64,000 nucleotides of DNA from Patescibacteria group bacterium UBA2773 (lineage in GTDB: Bacteria; Patescibacteriota; Minisyncoccia; Moranbacterales; DUUL01): positions 64,564 through 128,563 of the forward strand of contig DEIN01000008.1 in the NCBI GenBank assembly GCA_002352465.1. The letters run 5' to 3'. The translations under genes were made by a program, and so were the position numbers. How positions within the stretch are numbered: the first letter of the stretch is position 1; the number at the start of each line of letters is the position of its first letter. This document shows, piece by piece, positions 13,799 through 24,559 of this stretch. Below the pieces are notes generated by a model, which searched no databases, was not told the origin of the DNA, and saw only the letters and a program-made list of their open reading frames with translations.

Positions 13799-14850
13799 AA
13801 ACCATGTTTATATTTATTGATATTATGTTCTTCTAGCGTTTCAGAAAAAACTGTCTCGCCAGTCTTGAAATCACTTAAGAAAAAATAGTAATCAGATTTT
13901 TCAGGCAAAATTGTGGCTTCGATTGATTTTAGTCCTGGGTTGCTAACTGGTCCTGGAGGTAGACCAGTGTTTTGATAGGTGTTGAAAGGTGAATCTATTT
14001 TCGTGTCTTCGATTGTATATTGTTTTTTGTCTTCACCTAAGATATAAGCCAAAGTAGCACAACTTTGCAAAAAATAATCATCATCTACTCGTTTCCAAAA
14101 AATCCCAGCTACAATCTTTTTATCTTGATCAGAACGAACCTCCTTCTCAACTACGGAAGCCATTGTTAAAATTTCGTGCAAAGTTTTATTTTGATTTTTA
14201 ATGGACTTCATCATTGTTGGAGTTACTTTATCTTCAAAATTATTTAAAAATTTATTAAATAATTTGACGGCATTATCTTCCGGATAAACATAATAAGTAT
14301 CTGGAAAAAGATAACCCTCTAAATCAACTCCGGCTGGAATTTCCTTTAAAAAATCATATTTGTTTCTAATCTCCATACAAGCACATTCGACTCCAGTTTG
14401 ACATCGACAATTAATAATTTCTGCAAAATTTTTGGCTAATGACGGATTAAGTTTTTCTATTTCTTGAATAATTTTAGCATTAGTGAATCCTTCGGGAATT
14501 ATTAATTTCTTATAGGCTTCTTTTATTTCCCCCTCTACTATTTTTTTGGTTATTTCCTGAATGGTCATATTCGGACTTAGCTCATAATTTCCAGCTTGAA
14601 TTTTTTGAGCTAAATCTTCTAAACGTAAATAATAATAGAAATAATATTTGCTTTCAATTAGGTTTGCTTCAACTAAATTAAGACCGATTGTTTTGGCGTC
14701 TTCATTCTTTTTTATTTCAAAAATTTGAGCAACATTAGAATCATTGACCTGACTATCCAAGGCTTTTGAACGAAAAATAAGAAAAGAACTCATTCCAATT
14801 AATATCAAAAAAATAGTTACCAATAATCCCGCTTTTAAAACTCTATTCAT
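13795..14850 (-). CDS. mltG: Endolytic transglycosylase MltG
   Basis: IPEG, LEGYLFPDTY, ASVVEKE, SPFNTY..GLPPGPVSNPG. Confidence 0.92.
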   Translation of the reverse strand: MNRVLKAGLLVTIFLILIGMSSFLIFRSKALDSQVNDSNVAQIFEIKKNEDAKTIGLNLVEANLIESKYYFYYYLRLEDLAQKIQAGNYELSPNMTIQEITKKIVEGEIKEAYKKLIIPEGFTNAKIIQEIEKLNPSLAKNFAEIINCRCQTGVECACMEIRNKYDFLKEIPAGVDLEGYLFPDTYYVYPEDNAVKLFNKFLNNFEDKVTPTMMKSIKNQNKTLHEILTMASVVEKEVRSDQDKKIVAGIFWKRVDDDYFLQSCATLAYILGEDKKQYTIEDTKIDSPFNTYQNTGLPPGPVSNPGLKSIEATILPEKSDYYFFLSDFKTGETVFSETLEEHNINKYKHGL

Positions 14851-14879
14851 ACTAAATTTTATTAAATTATATTTTTAAA

Positions 14880-16214
14880 TTAGGATTCGTCTTCAAGATA
14901 AAAAATTTCTTCTCCCTCCCTTAAGCCTTCTAAGATTTCAACAAAGCCATTATCCCCAGCCAGTCCAGTTTTGATTTCCCTCTTACTCAATTCTGCTCTC
15001 TCTGTTGTTTGAACCATAACTATCTCCTTGCCTTCTTCTTCAAAAATAAATTGTTCTGAAATTTTTAACACATTCTCTTTGGCATTCACTAAAATATCAA
15101 TGTCTGCACTCATTCCTTCTTTAAATTTCAAATTAGAATTTTTTATTTTTAATTTAGCTTTATAATAAATAACATCTTGAATTTTTGTTGAAGCTGGTTC
15201 AATTTCAATTATTTTTGCTATAAATTTTTCACTAAAATCAAAGGCATCAAAAGTAATTTCTGCCACTTGACCTAATTTCAATTCTGAGATATCAGATTCA
15301 GGAATATCTGCTTCTAAAATAAAATCATTAGTTATCATTTCTCCAAAAGATTCTCCCAAGCTAGCACTGCCAATTACCTCTCCTGGTTCATAATTGATTT
15401 TAGAAATTATTCCATTTAGTGGAGTCTTGAGAGAGGAATTTTCTAAAGATTCTAAAGCAATTTGATAGTCGGCTTGAGCTGCAATAACGGCAGAATTACG
15501 ACTAGATTCAGCGTAATCAGATTCTATTGTTTCCAAACTTTCTTCCGCAGTATCCAGCGAATTTTCAGCAGCAATAATATTGAGGTCTCGACTTTTTCGA
15601 GCGGTCGTTAAGGCCTCTTCTGCACTTTCCTTAGAATTAGTAGCGGCGGTAAAAGTCAATAATGCGCTCTTGGCTTCTTTACTGTCAACTCCAGAGTCAG
15701 AAGCGACTTGATTGTAATAGCTTTCAGCATCATCTTCATAATTAACCGCATTGTCATAGGCAACTTCGGCTGCATCTACTAACTGATCATAATAATCCTC
15801 TACGGCTTCCAGATAATCTTCTGCATTATCAACTCCTTCCAGTGCTTCTCTGGCTGAATCACTATTCATTTTTTCACTTAAGATTGCTTTATTTAAAGTA
15901 GCCTTAGCTTTTCTGACTTGCTCACTTAAGACATTGTTATCTAGGATTGCCACCACATCACCCTCAATAACTTCGGCTCCGATTTTGACATTAATAAACT
16001 GCACTCTTCCTGCACTTTCAAAATTCAAGGCAATTGGACTTTCGGAAAGTAAAGAACCTGTGACGGAAATAGTTTTTTTCAAATTGCTTTTTTCGACCAC
16101 TTCTTTTTGCAGATCTTTGACTCCATCGTCTTTTCCAAACCAAATAACTACTCCAATAATTATTACTACGCCAATAGTCCCAAAGGATATCCACTTTTTT
16201 GTTTTCGTCATCAT
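14880..16214 (-). CDS. Efflux periplasmic adaptor (HlyD/MacA-like)
   Basis: N-terminal TM, lipoyl half-motifs, long coiled coil, GMSAD, EILEGLREGE. Confidence 0.85.
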   Translation of the reverse strand: MMTKTKKWISFGTIGVVIIIGVVIWFGKDDGVKDLQKEVVEKSNLKKTISVTGSLLSESPIALNFESAGRVQFINVKIGAEVIEGDVVAILDNNVLSEQVRKAKATLNKAILSEKMNSDSAREALEGVDNAEDYLEAVEDYYDQLVDAAEVAYDNAVNYEDDAESYYNQVASDSGVDSKEAKSALLTFTAATNSKESAEEALTTARKSRDLNIIAAENSLDTAEESLETIESDYAESSRNSAVIAAQADYQIALESLENSSLKTPLNGIISKINYEPGEVIGSASLGESFGEMITNDFILEADIPESDISELKLGQVAEITFDAFDFSEKFIAKIIEIEPASTKIQDVIYYKAKLKIKNSNLKFKEGMSADIDILVNAKENVLKISEQFIFEEEGKEIVMVQTTERAELSKREIKTGLAGDNGFVEILEGLREGEEIFYLEDES

Positions 16215-16237
16215 TATTTTTTAAATATTTTTTTGCC

Positions 16238-17092
16238 TTACTTTTTTCTCAGCTTAAATAATTCCAAAGTATTTCTCAATAAAATCGCCACCGTAATTGG
16301 GCCAACTCCTCCTGGAACTGGCGTGTAGAAACTGTCTTTATTGTCAAAATCCTGAGGATTAAAATCTCCTTTTATTTTTTTACCATCCCGAGAAATTCCT
16401 ATATCAATAATTCCAACTGCTTTTTTAAGCATTGATTTTTCGATAAAATGAGGCTTTCCCATTGCTGAAATTAACAAATCAGCTTCAGAAATTTCTTTCA
16501 ATAGATTAGAATTGCCAGAAACGATTCCTTTTACTTTTGCTCCTTTTTGTTCTAAAATATTTTTTAGATTTTTTCCAAAAATTTCAGAGTTATAAATTAT
16601 TAAAACATTTTTCCCTTCAAGTTGATATTCAACTTCGGCTAAAATTTCCAAAACTGCTCCGTGCACTGGAGCGATTATTTTATCAATTTTTCGCTTTTGA
16701 TTAACTGGATGAAAGCAATCAACATCTTTTTTTGGATCGATTGTTTCGATTATTTTGTCAGTATCAAATTTTTGAGCCAATGGTAATTGTATTAAAATAG
16801 CATCTATTTCATCATCTTGATTTAGCATTTCTATCGTCTTGATAATATTCGACTGTTCGTCTTCATCGCAAAAACGATACAAATGAGTGTCGATGCCAAC
16901 CTTTTTAGCTTCCTCGACTTTTTTGCTAACATAGATTTCTGATTCTTCATTAGAACCTATTAGTATCACTGCCAAATTAGGACGCACTTCTGCATTTTGA
17001 ACCTTATTTCTATTCAAAGTTAAGACATTTTCAACGATTTGATCTTTTATCCTTTCGGCAATAATCTTTCCACTAATAATCTTACATTTCAT
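16238..17092 (-). CDS. folD: Methylenetetrahydrofolate dehydrogenase/cyclohydrolase
   Basis: IQLPL, KDVDCFHP, IDIGI, TPVPGGVGPITV. Confidence 0.93.
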   Translation of the reverse strand: MKCKIISGKIIAERIKDQIVENVLTLNRNKVQNAEVRPNLAVILIGSNEESEIYVSKKVEEAKKVGIDTHLYRFCDEDEQSNIIKTIEMLNQDDEIDAILIQLPLAQKFDTDKIIETIDPKKDVDCFHPVNQKRKIDKIIAPVHGAVLEILAEVEYQLEGKNVLIIYNSEIFGKNLKNILEQKGAKVKGIVSGNSNLLKEISEADLLISAMGKPHFIEKSMLKKAVGIIDIGISRDGKKIKGDFNPQDFDNKDSFYTPVPGGVGPITVAILLRNTLELFKLRKK

Positions 17093-17285
17093 ATTTCATT
17101 CTTTAAACTAGATATTATCCACAAATCAATCTTCATTTTACGGTATTTTATTTTCGATTTCGATACGAAATAATCCTTAAAATTTTTAATATTCATTTTA
17201 TAAACATTCTAACTTTATAGACTCTTTAATTTTGTAACTTTCTAACTTGTTCAAATCCAGCTGAATAAATTGCACATTTAACGAG

Positions 17286-18530
17286 TCAGGCACTTGGAAT
17301 TGGAAAATCCTTAGAAAATTCTTTAACTTCATTTTTAATCTCTTTTAAAGTCTTCTCATTATTCCTATTTTTAATCGCTTTGTCAATCCATTCTACTATT
17401 TTTTTTATTTCCGCTTCTTTCATTCCTCGCGTTGTCACAGCCGGAGTTCCAAATCGAACACCAGAAGGTTTCATTGGTGGATTAGGATCATTTGGAATAG
17501 TGGAACGGCTAACAGAAATGCCACATTTTTCCAAGGCAATTTCAGCCGTTTTACCATCGATTTCTTTACTAGTCATATCAACTACTAACAAATGATTATC
17601 TGTTCCGTTAGAAATCACTCGGTAGTCTTTGGCTTCAAATTCATCTGCCATTGTTTGGGCATTTTTAATGACTTGTTCTCCATATTCAATAAATTCTGGT
17701 CTCAAAGCTTCTCCAAAAGCTACGGCTTTAGCGGCGTTAATATGATCATGCGGACCACCTTGCATTCCAGGAAAAACTGCTCGGTCAACTTGTTTGGCAA
17801 ATTTTTCTTTGCACATTATCATTGCTCCCCGAGGTCCTCTCAAGGTTTTATGAGTGGTCGTTGAAACTACATCAAAAAAAGGCACTGGATTATTCATTTT
17901 TTTAGCGGCAATCAATCCAGCGGTGTGAGCAATATCAGCAAAAGTATAGGCGCCAATTTCATCAGCAATTTCCTTGAATTTATCCCATTCAATCTCTCGA
18001 GAATAAGCACTGTATCCAGCTACAATCATTTTAGGTTTTTCTTTTAACGCCACTTTTCGTACTTCTTCCATATCAATTTTGCCAGTTTTTGAATCAACTT
18101 CATATTGAACAAAATCATATAACATTCCAGAAAAATTTACCGGATGACCATGAGAAAGGTGGCCACCATGATCCAATTTCAAGCCCATTACTTTATCTCC
18201 TGGTTTCAAAAAAGCAAAATAAACTGCTGCATTAGCCGGTGAACCAGAAAGGGGTTGAACGTTGACGTGTTCGGCGTCGAAAAGCTGCTTAGCTCTTTCA
18301 ATGGCCACATTTTCCGCTTTATCAATCATCTGATTTCCACCATAATAGCGATGTCCCGGATAGCCTTCACTATATTTATTCGTCAAAACAGAACCCATTG
18401 CCTCCAAAACAGATTTGGAAACATAGTTCTCCGAAGCAATCAATTCAATTTCATTGATTTGTCGTTCTTTCTCTTGTTCAATAATATCAAAAATAGCTTG
18501 GTCTTCTTTTTTTAAATTTTCGTAATTCAT
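17286..18530 (-). CDS. glyA: Serine hydroxymethyltransferase
   Basis: LIASENY, YSEGYPGHRYYGG, TTTHKTLRGPRG. Confidence 0.97.
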   Translation of the reverse strand: MNYENLKKEDQAIFDIIEQEKERQINEIELIASENYVSKSVLEAMGSVLTNKYSEGYPGHRYYGGNQMIDKAENVAIERAKQLFDAEHVNVQPLSGSPANAAVYFAFLKPGDKVMGLKLDHGGHLSHGHPVNFSGMLYDFVQYEVDSKTGKIDMEEVRKVALKEKPKMIVAGYSAYSREIEWDKFKEIADEIGAYTFADIAHTAGLIAAKKMNNPVPFFDVVSTTTHKTLRGPRGAMIMCKEKFAKQVDRAVFPGMQGGPHDHINAAKAVAFGEALRPEFIEYGEQVIKNAQTMADEFEAKDYRVISNGTDNHLLVVDMTSKEIDGKTAEIALEKCGISVSRSTIPNDPNPPMKPSGVRFGTPAVTTRGMKEAEIKKIVEWIDKAIKNRNNEKTLKEIKNEVKEFSKDFPIPSA

Positions 18531-18788
18531 GTTGATATCTTAATGGTTATTTAAGTTTTTCCCTAACATTCCTGTTTTAAGATAAACAAAATTATGTCAT
18601 GATAGTTTAATTTAATTTTAAATCTTAAATTTTGAATCAATTTTGAATGACTGAATCACTTAATGTATAATTTTAGATCACTAGTCATTGGTAATCAGTA
18701 ATCATTGATTGCTGTTCTTGCTTATTGATGACCATTGACTAATTACAGATGATTTATATTTATTCCAATAATTCAAAATCTGCCTCCT

Positions 18789-19244
18789 CTATTTTTCATA
18801 AGATTTAGCAGACGTTACTTCTGGCTTTTCTATCCCAAAAAAATAATGCCACCACCAGTAATAATTTGGTCGATCAATTTTCACTTCTGGTTTCACATTT
18901 TCTTCAACTTGAACGGTTTTTTCAATTTCATCTTTCTTGACAATCACTACTTTTTCTCCTTTTTTAATTAAATTTAATTTTTGCTTGGCTTTCAATTCTT
19001 TAGACTCATCAGTTTTCAAATAATCCGAAAGTTGTTCTAAATTTTTATTCTTTTTTTCAAAGTCATCAATTTGATTTTGTAAATCAAGGACTTCTTGATT
19101 GATTTCTTTTTGTTTATATTTTGTTTGCAAAAAATGATAACCCGAAAAACCGATTAGCGCTAATAAAATTATGACCAAAGATTTAATCTTAATGGACTGC
19201 AAACCGTTCTCTCTGTTTTTAGAATATTTATTTCTATTAAACAA
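18789..19244 (-). CDS. Septum formation initiator (FtsB/DivIC-like)
   Basis: TM plus coiled coil, AKQKLNL.KKGE, C-terminal NYYWWWHYFF. Confidence 0.75.
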   Translation of the reverse strand: MFNRNKYSKNRENGLQSIKIKSLVIILLALIGFSGYHFLQTKYKQKEINQEVLDLQNQIDDFEKKNKNLEQLSDYLKTDESKELKAKQKLNLIKKGEKVVIVKKDEIEKTVQVEENVKPEVKIDRPNYYWWWHYFFGIEKPEVTSAKSYEK

Positions 19245-19311
19245 TTTTGTTTTTTAAAAAATTAGGCTATTTTTTTTGAAAATCGCTTCTTATCAAATAT
19301 CTTAAATAGCG

Positions 19312-19425
19312 CTACATTGATTGGAACAATGGAATAATAGTAAAGCCTACCATTCCAATGATCCCTAAAATTCCTACAAAAATCCAAATAATTTTGATTA
19401 TTTTTTTTCTTCTGTTTATTAGCAT
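19312..19425 (-). CDS. 37-aa single-pass membrane protein (not in ORF track)
   Basis: MLINRRKKIIKIIWIFVGILGIIGMVGFTIIPLFQSM*, basic N-terminus plus TM. Confidence 0.55.
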   Translation of the reverse strand: MLINRRKKIIKIIWIFVGILGIIGMVGFTIIPLFQSM

Positions 19426-19492
19426 TTTTATATAAATATAAATTAATTAACTGGTTAAGTCGGGGATAACAAAAATTTTCATCACCCCCTTC

Positions 19493-19651
19493 TCAATGAT
19501 CTTTCTTTATAAATGTTAGAATTGAAGAAAATAAGGAACTTACTATTATTACAAAAATAAAAATAATCACCAAACCAATTGCTAATTCTTGACAAACCAA
19601 TTCAAGAATTCCAATTATTGCTACCATTCCCAATAAAAAAAATAATAGCAT
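19493..19651 (-). CDS. 52-aa hydrophobic orphan protein (not in ORF track)
   Basis: MLLFFLLGMVAIIG...KKDH*, AGGAGG 7 nt upstream. Confidence 0.5.
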   Translation of the reverse strand: MLLFFLLGMVAIIGILELVCQELAIGLVIIFIFVIIVSSLFSSILTFIKKDH

Positions 19652-20021
19652 AATCATCCCTCCTTTATAAACGTTTATTCAAAAAATCGAAAAAGAACTA
19701 AACTTTTTTCTTAAATTAATTATATAATAATATTTTATGAAATCAAATAGAAGTTTTTGTCCGTAATTCGTAATTAGCAACTAGTAATTGGTAATTAGCT
19801 TTTGTTTTTTTGACAACGTTCATTAAACATTCTTTTTTTATTTTCCTCTAAATTTAATTCTCTAAATTTTATTTGCGGATCAATAAGTAATCTTTTGTCA
19901 AAACAAAAGCCACTCTTTCAAGTGGTTTTTGCTTATTATAAAACTTCAAATTTAAATTTAAAATCTTAATAATACGGAGGGCTTTTAGAAATTTCTAAAC
20001 CCTCCTACTGTTTTACTTTTA

Positions 20022-20327
20022 TTAACTCCTCATAACTTTTCTGGTTTTGAAATTAAATTGACTTTTATCCCAGAAAATTAATCTATCATCTTTTTTTTCG
20101 GCCGATAAAACATTCTGGTCTAAAAGATAGACTATATTGTCCATCTTTTTAATGTTTAAAATTTCAAACATTTTTAAATGGAATTGAGCTATATTAATTC
20201 TGTTCTTAATTCCAGCAAACTTTACTGCCGTAAATTTTGTTGAAATATCCTTATTTTTCAAAACTTTGGCGAGGACCAAAGTTCTGATTTTTTCAGAAGT
20301 GAACCAATTAAAAATTTTTATTAACAC
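20022..20327 (-). CDS. Hypothetical protein
   Basis: GTG start behind AGGAG; hairpin terminator at 19976-20004. Confidence 0.5.
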   Translation of the reverse strand: MLIKIFNWFTSEKIRTLVLAKVLKNKDISTKFTAVKFAGIKNRINIAQFHLKMFEILNIKKMDNIVYLLDQNVLSAEKKDDRLIFWDKSQFNFKTRKVMRS

Positions 20328-20465
20328 TTTTTCTCCTTCTCCTCCTCAACTTTGCCGGTTATTCAATTGGCTTTAGTTTGGTGCGGATAAATTCACGCAT
20401 TAATCCAAAACTTTGAAGTTGATTTAGAAATTTAAAATTAAAATTTAATTACCATTTAAAGTTTT

Positions 20466-20522
20466 CTAGATTCCCGCCCGCTTCGCCTAAGTTCCAGCAA
20501 AGCGAGCCTCTGCGAGAATGAC
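20466..20522. repeat. Family B (dRS3-like ATTCCC..GGGAAT) repeat with nested insert
   Basis: CTAGATTCCCGCC[insert]GCGAGAATGAC. Confidence 0.6.
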
Positions 20523-20728
20523 AAATAAAGCTAAAACCTTAAAAGGTAATTAAATTAAATTTTTGGGGAAAAATTTCTTTATTCAATTTTCAAAGTTCTT
20601 TTGCTCTTTGCGTTTCCAATTTCTGATTTTAATGTTTAAACATAGCATATTTTGTCACTTTTGTCAATAGAATCGATGGAGTGGTTTTTAATAATGCTTC
20701 GAAAAACTTTGTTTTGAGATTTTATTCA

Positions 20729-20779
20729 TGGTTTCCCGAGGTTCGACCGCTGTCCGTATAGCGGTCGAACTTCGGGAAA
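20729..20779. repeat. REP-like hairpin, family E copy 1
   Basis: TGGTTTCCCGAGGTTCGACCGCT..AGCGGTCGAACTTCGGGAAA; second copy at 27197. Confidence 0.65.
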
Positions 20780-20935
20780 GAGGATTTTCATAAATTAAAT
20801 CGCTTAATACTTTATACACAGTACTAACATAATATCAGATATTATATTATTGACTATCTTCAAATACTCTGGTAAACTCTCTTTAGTTGTTGAAACGCAA
20901 TCTTTATTTTATTGAATAATTTTTATTTAAATATA

Positions 20936-21073
20936 ATGCCAAAACGAACCTATCAACCTAAGAAAAAAAAACGAGCTCGAACTCATGGTTTCTTGAAACG
21001 AAGTCAAACTGAAGACGGGAAAAACGTGCTTTTGCGACGAAGACGAAAAGGTCGAGCGAAACTAACAGTTTAG
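20936..21073 (+). CDS. rpmH: 50S ribosomal protein L34 (not in ORF track)
   Basis: [45 protein letters not shown]. Confidence 0.97.
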   Translation: MPKRTYQPKKKKRARTHGFLKRSQTEDGKNVLLRRRRKGRAKLTV

Positions 21074-21113
21074 TTGACTTTTGTTGGAAGATATTTAACA
21101 TTGAAAATTAAAA

Positions 21114-21458
21114 ATGTTAGCTAAAAAATACAAATTAAAAAGCAATTCTGAAATAACTCAAGTCTTCAAAAATGGAAAAACTGTAAAAAGCAGTTTTTTA
21201 TTTTTAAGATATTGTGCCACTCAAGCCGAAAAAACCAAGGTGGCTTTTTCGATTGGTTTGAAATATTCAAAGAAAGCCGTTGACCGAAATCAGGCAAAAA
21301 GAGTGCTTCGACAAACTTTCGTCGAATTTACTGATCAAATAAAGCCAGGTTTCGATTTAGTTTTCTATTTTGATAAAAATTTCCACGAAAGAGCTGGACT
21401 AAAAAATACTCAAGAAAATATGAAAGCTTGTCTTTTGTCAGCAAATTTATTAAGATAA
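21114..21458 (+). CDS. rnpA: Ribonuclease P protein
   Basis: KKAVDRNQAKRVLR (RNR motif); follows rpmH. Confidence 0.92.
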   Translation: MLAKKYKLKSNSEITQVFKNGKTVKSSFLFLRYCATQAEKTKVAFSIGLKYSKKAVDRNQAKRVLRQTFVEFTDQIKPGFDLVFYFDKNFHERAGLKNTQENMKACLLSANLLR

Positions 21459-21546
21459 TTGAGTTAGTTAGAAAGTTCTTAAAGTTTATAAAGTTTCCGC
21501 CTATGGCGGAAAAAGTTTGTAAAATTAAAAATTAATAAAGAATGAA

Positions 21547-22296
21547 ATGTCAATGATTACCGCTTTTTTTTCTGCCACAATCTATCAACCGTTATTTAAT
21601 ATTTTAATCGGAATCTATAATTTAATTCCTGATTTAGGCGTTAGTATTATACTAGTGACTGTGCTAATCCGAGTTTTGCTTTTACCACTTTCCAAAAAAT
21701 CAATTGAATCGCAAAAACAAATGCAAGAAATTCAGCCTCAAATTAAGGCTATTCAGGCAAAGTTCAAACATGATAAACAAAAACAAGGTGAAGCGATAAT
21801 GAAATTCTATAAAGAAAAAAAAGTCAATCCAGCCAGTGGATGTTTGCCATTGATTATTCAGCTGATTATATTAATTGCACTTTACCGAGTCTTCTTGGCG
21901 GTTATTGATTATGATTCAGCTACGACCCTTCTTTATAGCTTTGTTCATAACCCAATGGAAATTAAAAATATTTCTTTCGGATTTTTAGACGTCACAGCCA
22001 AAGGCAAAATCAATCTTCCGCTAGCCTTGATTACGGCTGGACTTCAATATTGGCAAGGGAAAATGATGATGCAACGAGTTGAAAAAAATAAACCAGTTGA
22101 AGCAAAAGATCCTAAGAAAGAACCTGAATTTGGTGAAATTATGCAGAAACAGATGCTTTATATGGGTCCAGTCTTGACGCTAGTGATTGGATTGAGCTTC
22201 CCCGCTGGTTTGCTTCTTTATTGGTTTGTGACAACCTTGTTTATGGTAATACAACAATATTGGATTTTAAACAAAGAAAAAATCACGGCCAAATAA
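21547..22296 (+). CDS. yidC: Membrane protein insertase YidC
   Basis: IRVLLLPL, NPASGCLP.IIQ, PAGLLLYW. Confidence 0.93.
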   Translation: MSMITAFFSATIYQPLFNILIGIYNLIPDLGVSIILVTVLIRVLLLPLSKKSIESQKQMQEIQPQIKAIQAKFKHDKQKQGEAIMKFYKEKKVNPASGCLPLIIQLIILIALYRVFLAVIDYDSATTLLYSFVHNPMEIKNISFGFLDVTAKGKINLPLALITAGLQYWQGKMMMQRVEKNKPVEAKDPKKEPEFGEIMQKQMLYMGPVLTLVIGLSFPAGLLLYWFVTTLFMVIQQYWILNKEKITAK

Positions 22297-22394
22297 GTCC
22301 TTTCTCTTGGCAATTTTTAAGAATTAGTTTAAAATAAGACTACTTTCGAAGTAATTAATTAGTCTGATAAAAATAATCAATTAATTTGAATAAA

Positions 22395-22868
22395 ATGATA
22401 ACTGACGAACAAAAAAAAGTTTTAGAAAAAGTGACAAAGGAAATTCTTGAAAAACTTAATGCAAAAGGCAATGTTTTTATTGTCACTAATGCGATGCCAG
22501 AAGATGATGATTCAGTTTGCGTTCAAATTCAAAGCAAAGATTCAGGCTTTCTGATTGGAAAATCGGGCAATAATCTTTTTGCCCTTCAACATTTAATTCG
22601 AATTATTGTTTCTAAAAGATTAGAGGATAAACTTAATTTCATTGTCGATGTTAATAGCTACATCGAAAATCAACGAGAAGATATCATCGATAAAGCAGCT
22701 AATGTCATTGCTGACGTAGAAAAAACTGGCCAAGCCATTGAACTCAATCCAATGAATAGCTATGAACGAAGGTTGGTACACATGAAAGTTGCTCGAAAAA
22801 ATTTAGTTGAAAGCGAAAGTGTTGGCGAAGGCTTGGAACGTCGAGTACTTATCAAACCTGCAGAATAG
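22395..22868 (+). CDS. jag: Jag/KhpB-like KH+R3H RNA-binding protein
   Basis: LIGKSG (KH) and PMNSYERRLVH (R3H); follows yidC. Confidence 0.88.
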   Translation: MITDEQKKVLEKVTKEILEKLNAKGNVFIVTNAMPEDDDSVCVQIQSKDSGFLIGKSGNNLFALQHLIRIIVSKRLEDKLNFIVDVNSYIENQREDIIDKAANVIADVEKTGQAIELNPMNSYERRLVHMKVARKNLVESESVGEGLERRVLIKPAE

Positions 22869-22895
22869 AAAAAATTTCAAAAAATAAAAAAAACA

Positions 22896-24323
22896 ATGTC
22901 AGTTTCAAGAAGAATTACTTATAATGTGATATTTTCTTCCGTCACCAAAGTTTTAAGCACTGCTACAGCCTTGGTTGGAATCGGATTAATCACTAGATAT
23001 CTTGGCCAAGACGGATTCGGACTCTATGCCACTGCCTTGGCTTTTCTACCATTATTTGGAGCATTAGGAGATTGGGGTTTGCCTCAAACGACTGCAATGA
23101 AAATTGCTAAACCTGATGCCAACGAGAAAAAAATCGTAGCCAACGTGGTTGGTCTGCGACTTTTTATTTCCATCGCAATTTTAATTATCACCCCTTTTGT
23201 TGTTCCTTTTCTTCCCTATCCATATGAACTAAAAATCGCCATAGTGATTGTGGCTGCCTCCCATACTCTTTCTTCTCTTTATCAAATATTAATTGGAATG
23301 TTTCAAAAAAGACTGATTATGGATCGAGTGACAGGTGCAGAACTGGTCGGAAAAATAATTCAAGTTGGATTAATTTTCTTAGGCGTTTATTTCAAATGGA
23401 ATTTCTATTTAATTGTCGGAACTCTTTTTGTCAATATGTTATTGAATTTCATCTTTGTTCTGTTGCTTTCTCGAAAATTCATCAAATTCAAACCAGCTTT
23501 TGATTTCAATTATTGGAAAATTATTTTAAGACAATCAATTCCCTTAGGGATGGCAACTGCGTTAACCTTTGTTTATTTTAGATCTAATACAATTTTGCTT
23601 TCAGTCTTACGACCACCAGAAGACGTTGGAATATTCAGCGCCGCTCAAAAAGTCATTGAAAATATTAGTTTTTTTCCAGCAATGATTGTTGGCTTAACAA
23701 TGCCGTTATTTTCCTATTATCTAGCTAAAGACAAGGTTAAATTTAAATTTCTAGTCAATGAAAACTACAAAATATTTTTCATTCTGACCATTCCATTGGT
23801 GATTGGAGGATTATTGCTTTCCGATAAAATGATTGCTTTGATTGCTGGTCCTGATTTTTTTGAATCAATCTTAGTGCTTCAAATCGGATTGTTTACTTTG
23901 GCTTTGATTTTTTTCGGCACTCTTTTTATGAATATCATGATTGCGGCTGGACTTCAAAAATCAATTTTTTGGGCACTTTTGGTTTGTGCTATTTTTAGTG
24001 TTTTAAGTAATCTTTATTTTATTCCTCAGTTTCCCGATAATGCCTATCTAGTCCCGGCTATTGTTTCGGTTATTACTGAAGTTCTAGTCGTTCTTTTGAC
24101 TGGATATTTTATTTGGAAAAAACTGCATTTTTTTCCTCGAGTAGAAAAACTTCCTCAAATATTATCAGCTGGATTTTTAATGGGAGCTGTGATTTATTTC
24201 TTTCAAGAATTAAACTTCTTTATTTTAATTTTAATTGGAATGGTTATTTATACTTCTGGCTTGTTGGTTTTTAAAATAATTTCTCGAAAAGAAATTATGG
24301 AATTACTTAGAAAACCAGCTTAA
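22896..24323 (+). CDS. Wzx-type polysaccharide flippase
   Basis: RYLGQDGFGLY, DWGL, VGIFSAA; many TM helices. Confidence 0.85.
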   Translation: MSVSRRITYNVIFSSVTKVLSTATALVGIGLITRYLGQDGFGLYATALAFLPLFGALGDWGLPQTTAMKIAKPDANEKKIVANVVGLRLFISIAILIITPFVVPFLPYPYELKIAIVIVAASHTLSSLYQILIGMFQKRLIMDRVTGAELVGKIIQVGLIFLGVYFKWNFYLIVGTLFVNMLLNFIFVLLLSRKFIKFKPAFDFNYWKIILRQSIPLGMATALTFVYFRSNTILLSVLRPPEDVGIFSAAQKVIENISFFPAMIVGLTMPLFSYYLAKDKVKFKFLVNENYKIFFILTIPLVIGGLLLSDKMIALIAGPDFFESILVLQIGLFTLALIFFGTLFMNIMIAAGLQKSIFWALLVCAIFSVLSNLYFIPQFPDNAYLVPAIVSVITEVLVVLLTGYFIWKKLHFFPRVEKLPQILSAGFLMGAVIYFFQELNFFILILIGMVIYTSGLLVFKIISRKEIMELLRKPA

Positions 24324-24395
24324 ACAAAATATTTTATGCTTTTTAATTAAGCTTGAATCGAAGATTGGAAATTGCAAATTAAAAAGGTTTTTATA

Positions 24396-24550
24396 ATTTT
24401 AAATTTCGAATTTTAAATTTCGATTCAATGTTTTAATTTTCTAATTTCTAAACGACAAGCTTCGCTTGCAGTCATTTTAAAAATTAAAACATTAAAATGT
24501 TTTAAATTGAATCGAAATTTATAATGCCCCTTGGGTGTAAAATTGAAGAA
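24396..24550. repeat. 7-nt-periodic palindromic element with CAAGCTTCGCTTG centre
   Basis: TTTTAAA/TTTCGAA-type heptamers left, complementary heptamers right, core at 24456-24468. Confidence 0.6.
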
Positions 24551-24559
24551 TATTTCTCA

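Noticed and set aside
18531-18788. Riboswitch upstream of glyA
   Set aside because: Region is AT-rich periodic repeat sequence with no recognisable ZTP, THF or glycine aptamer motif
17115-20820. Replication origin
   Set aside because: Only isolated DnaA boxes (17115, 20812, one-mismatch at 20382), no dnaA, and gene strand bias does not switch persistently
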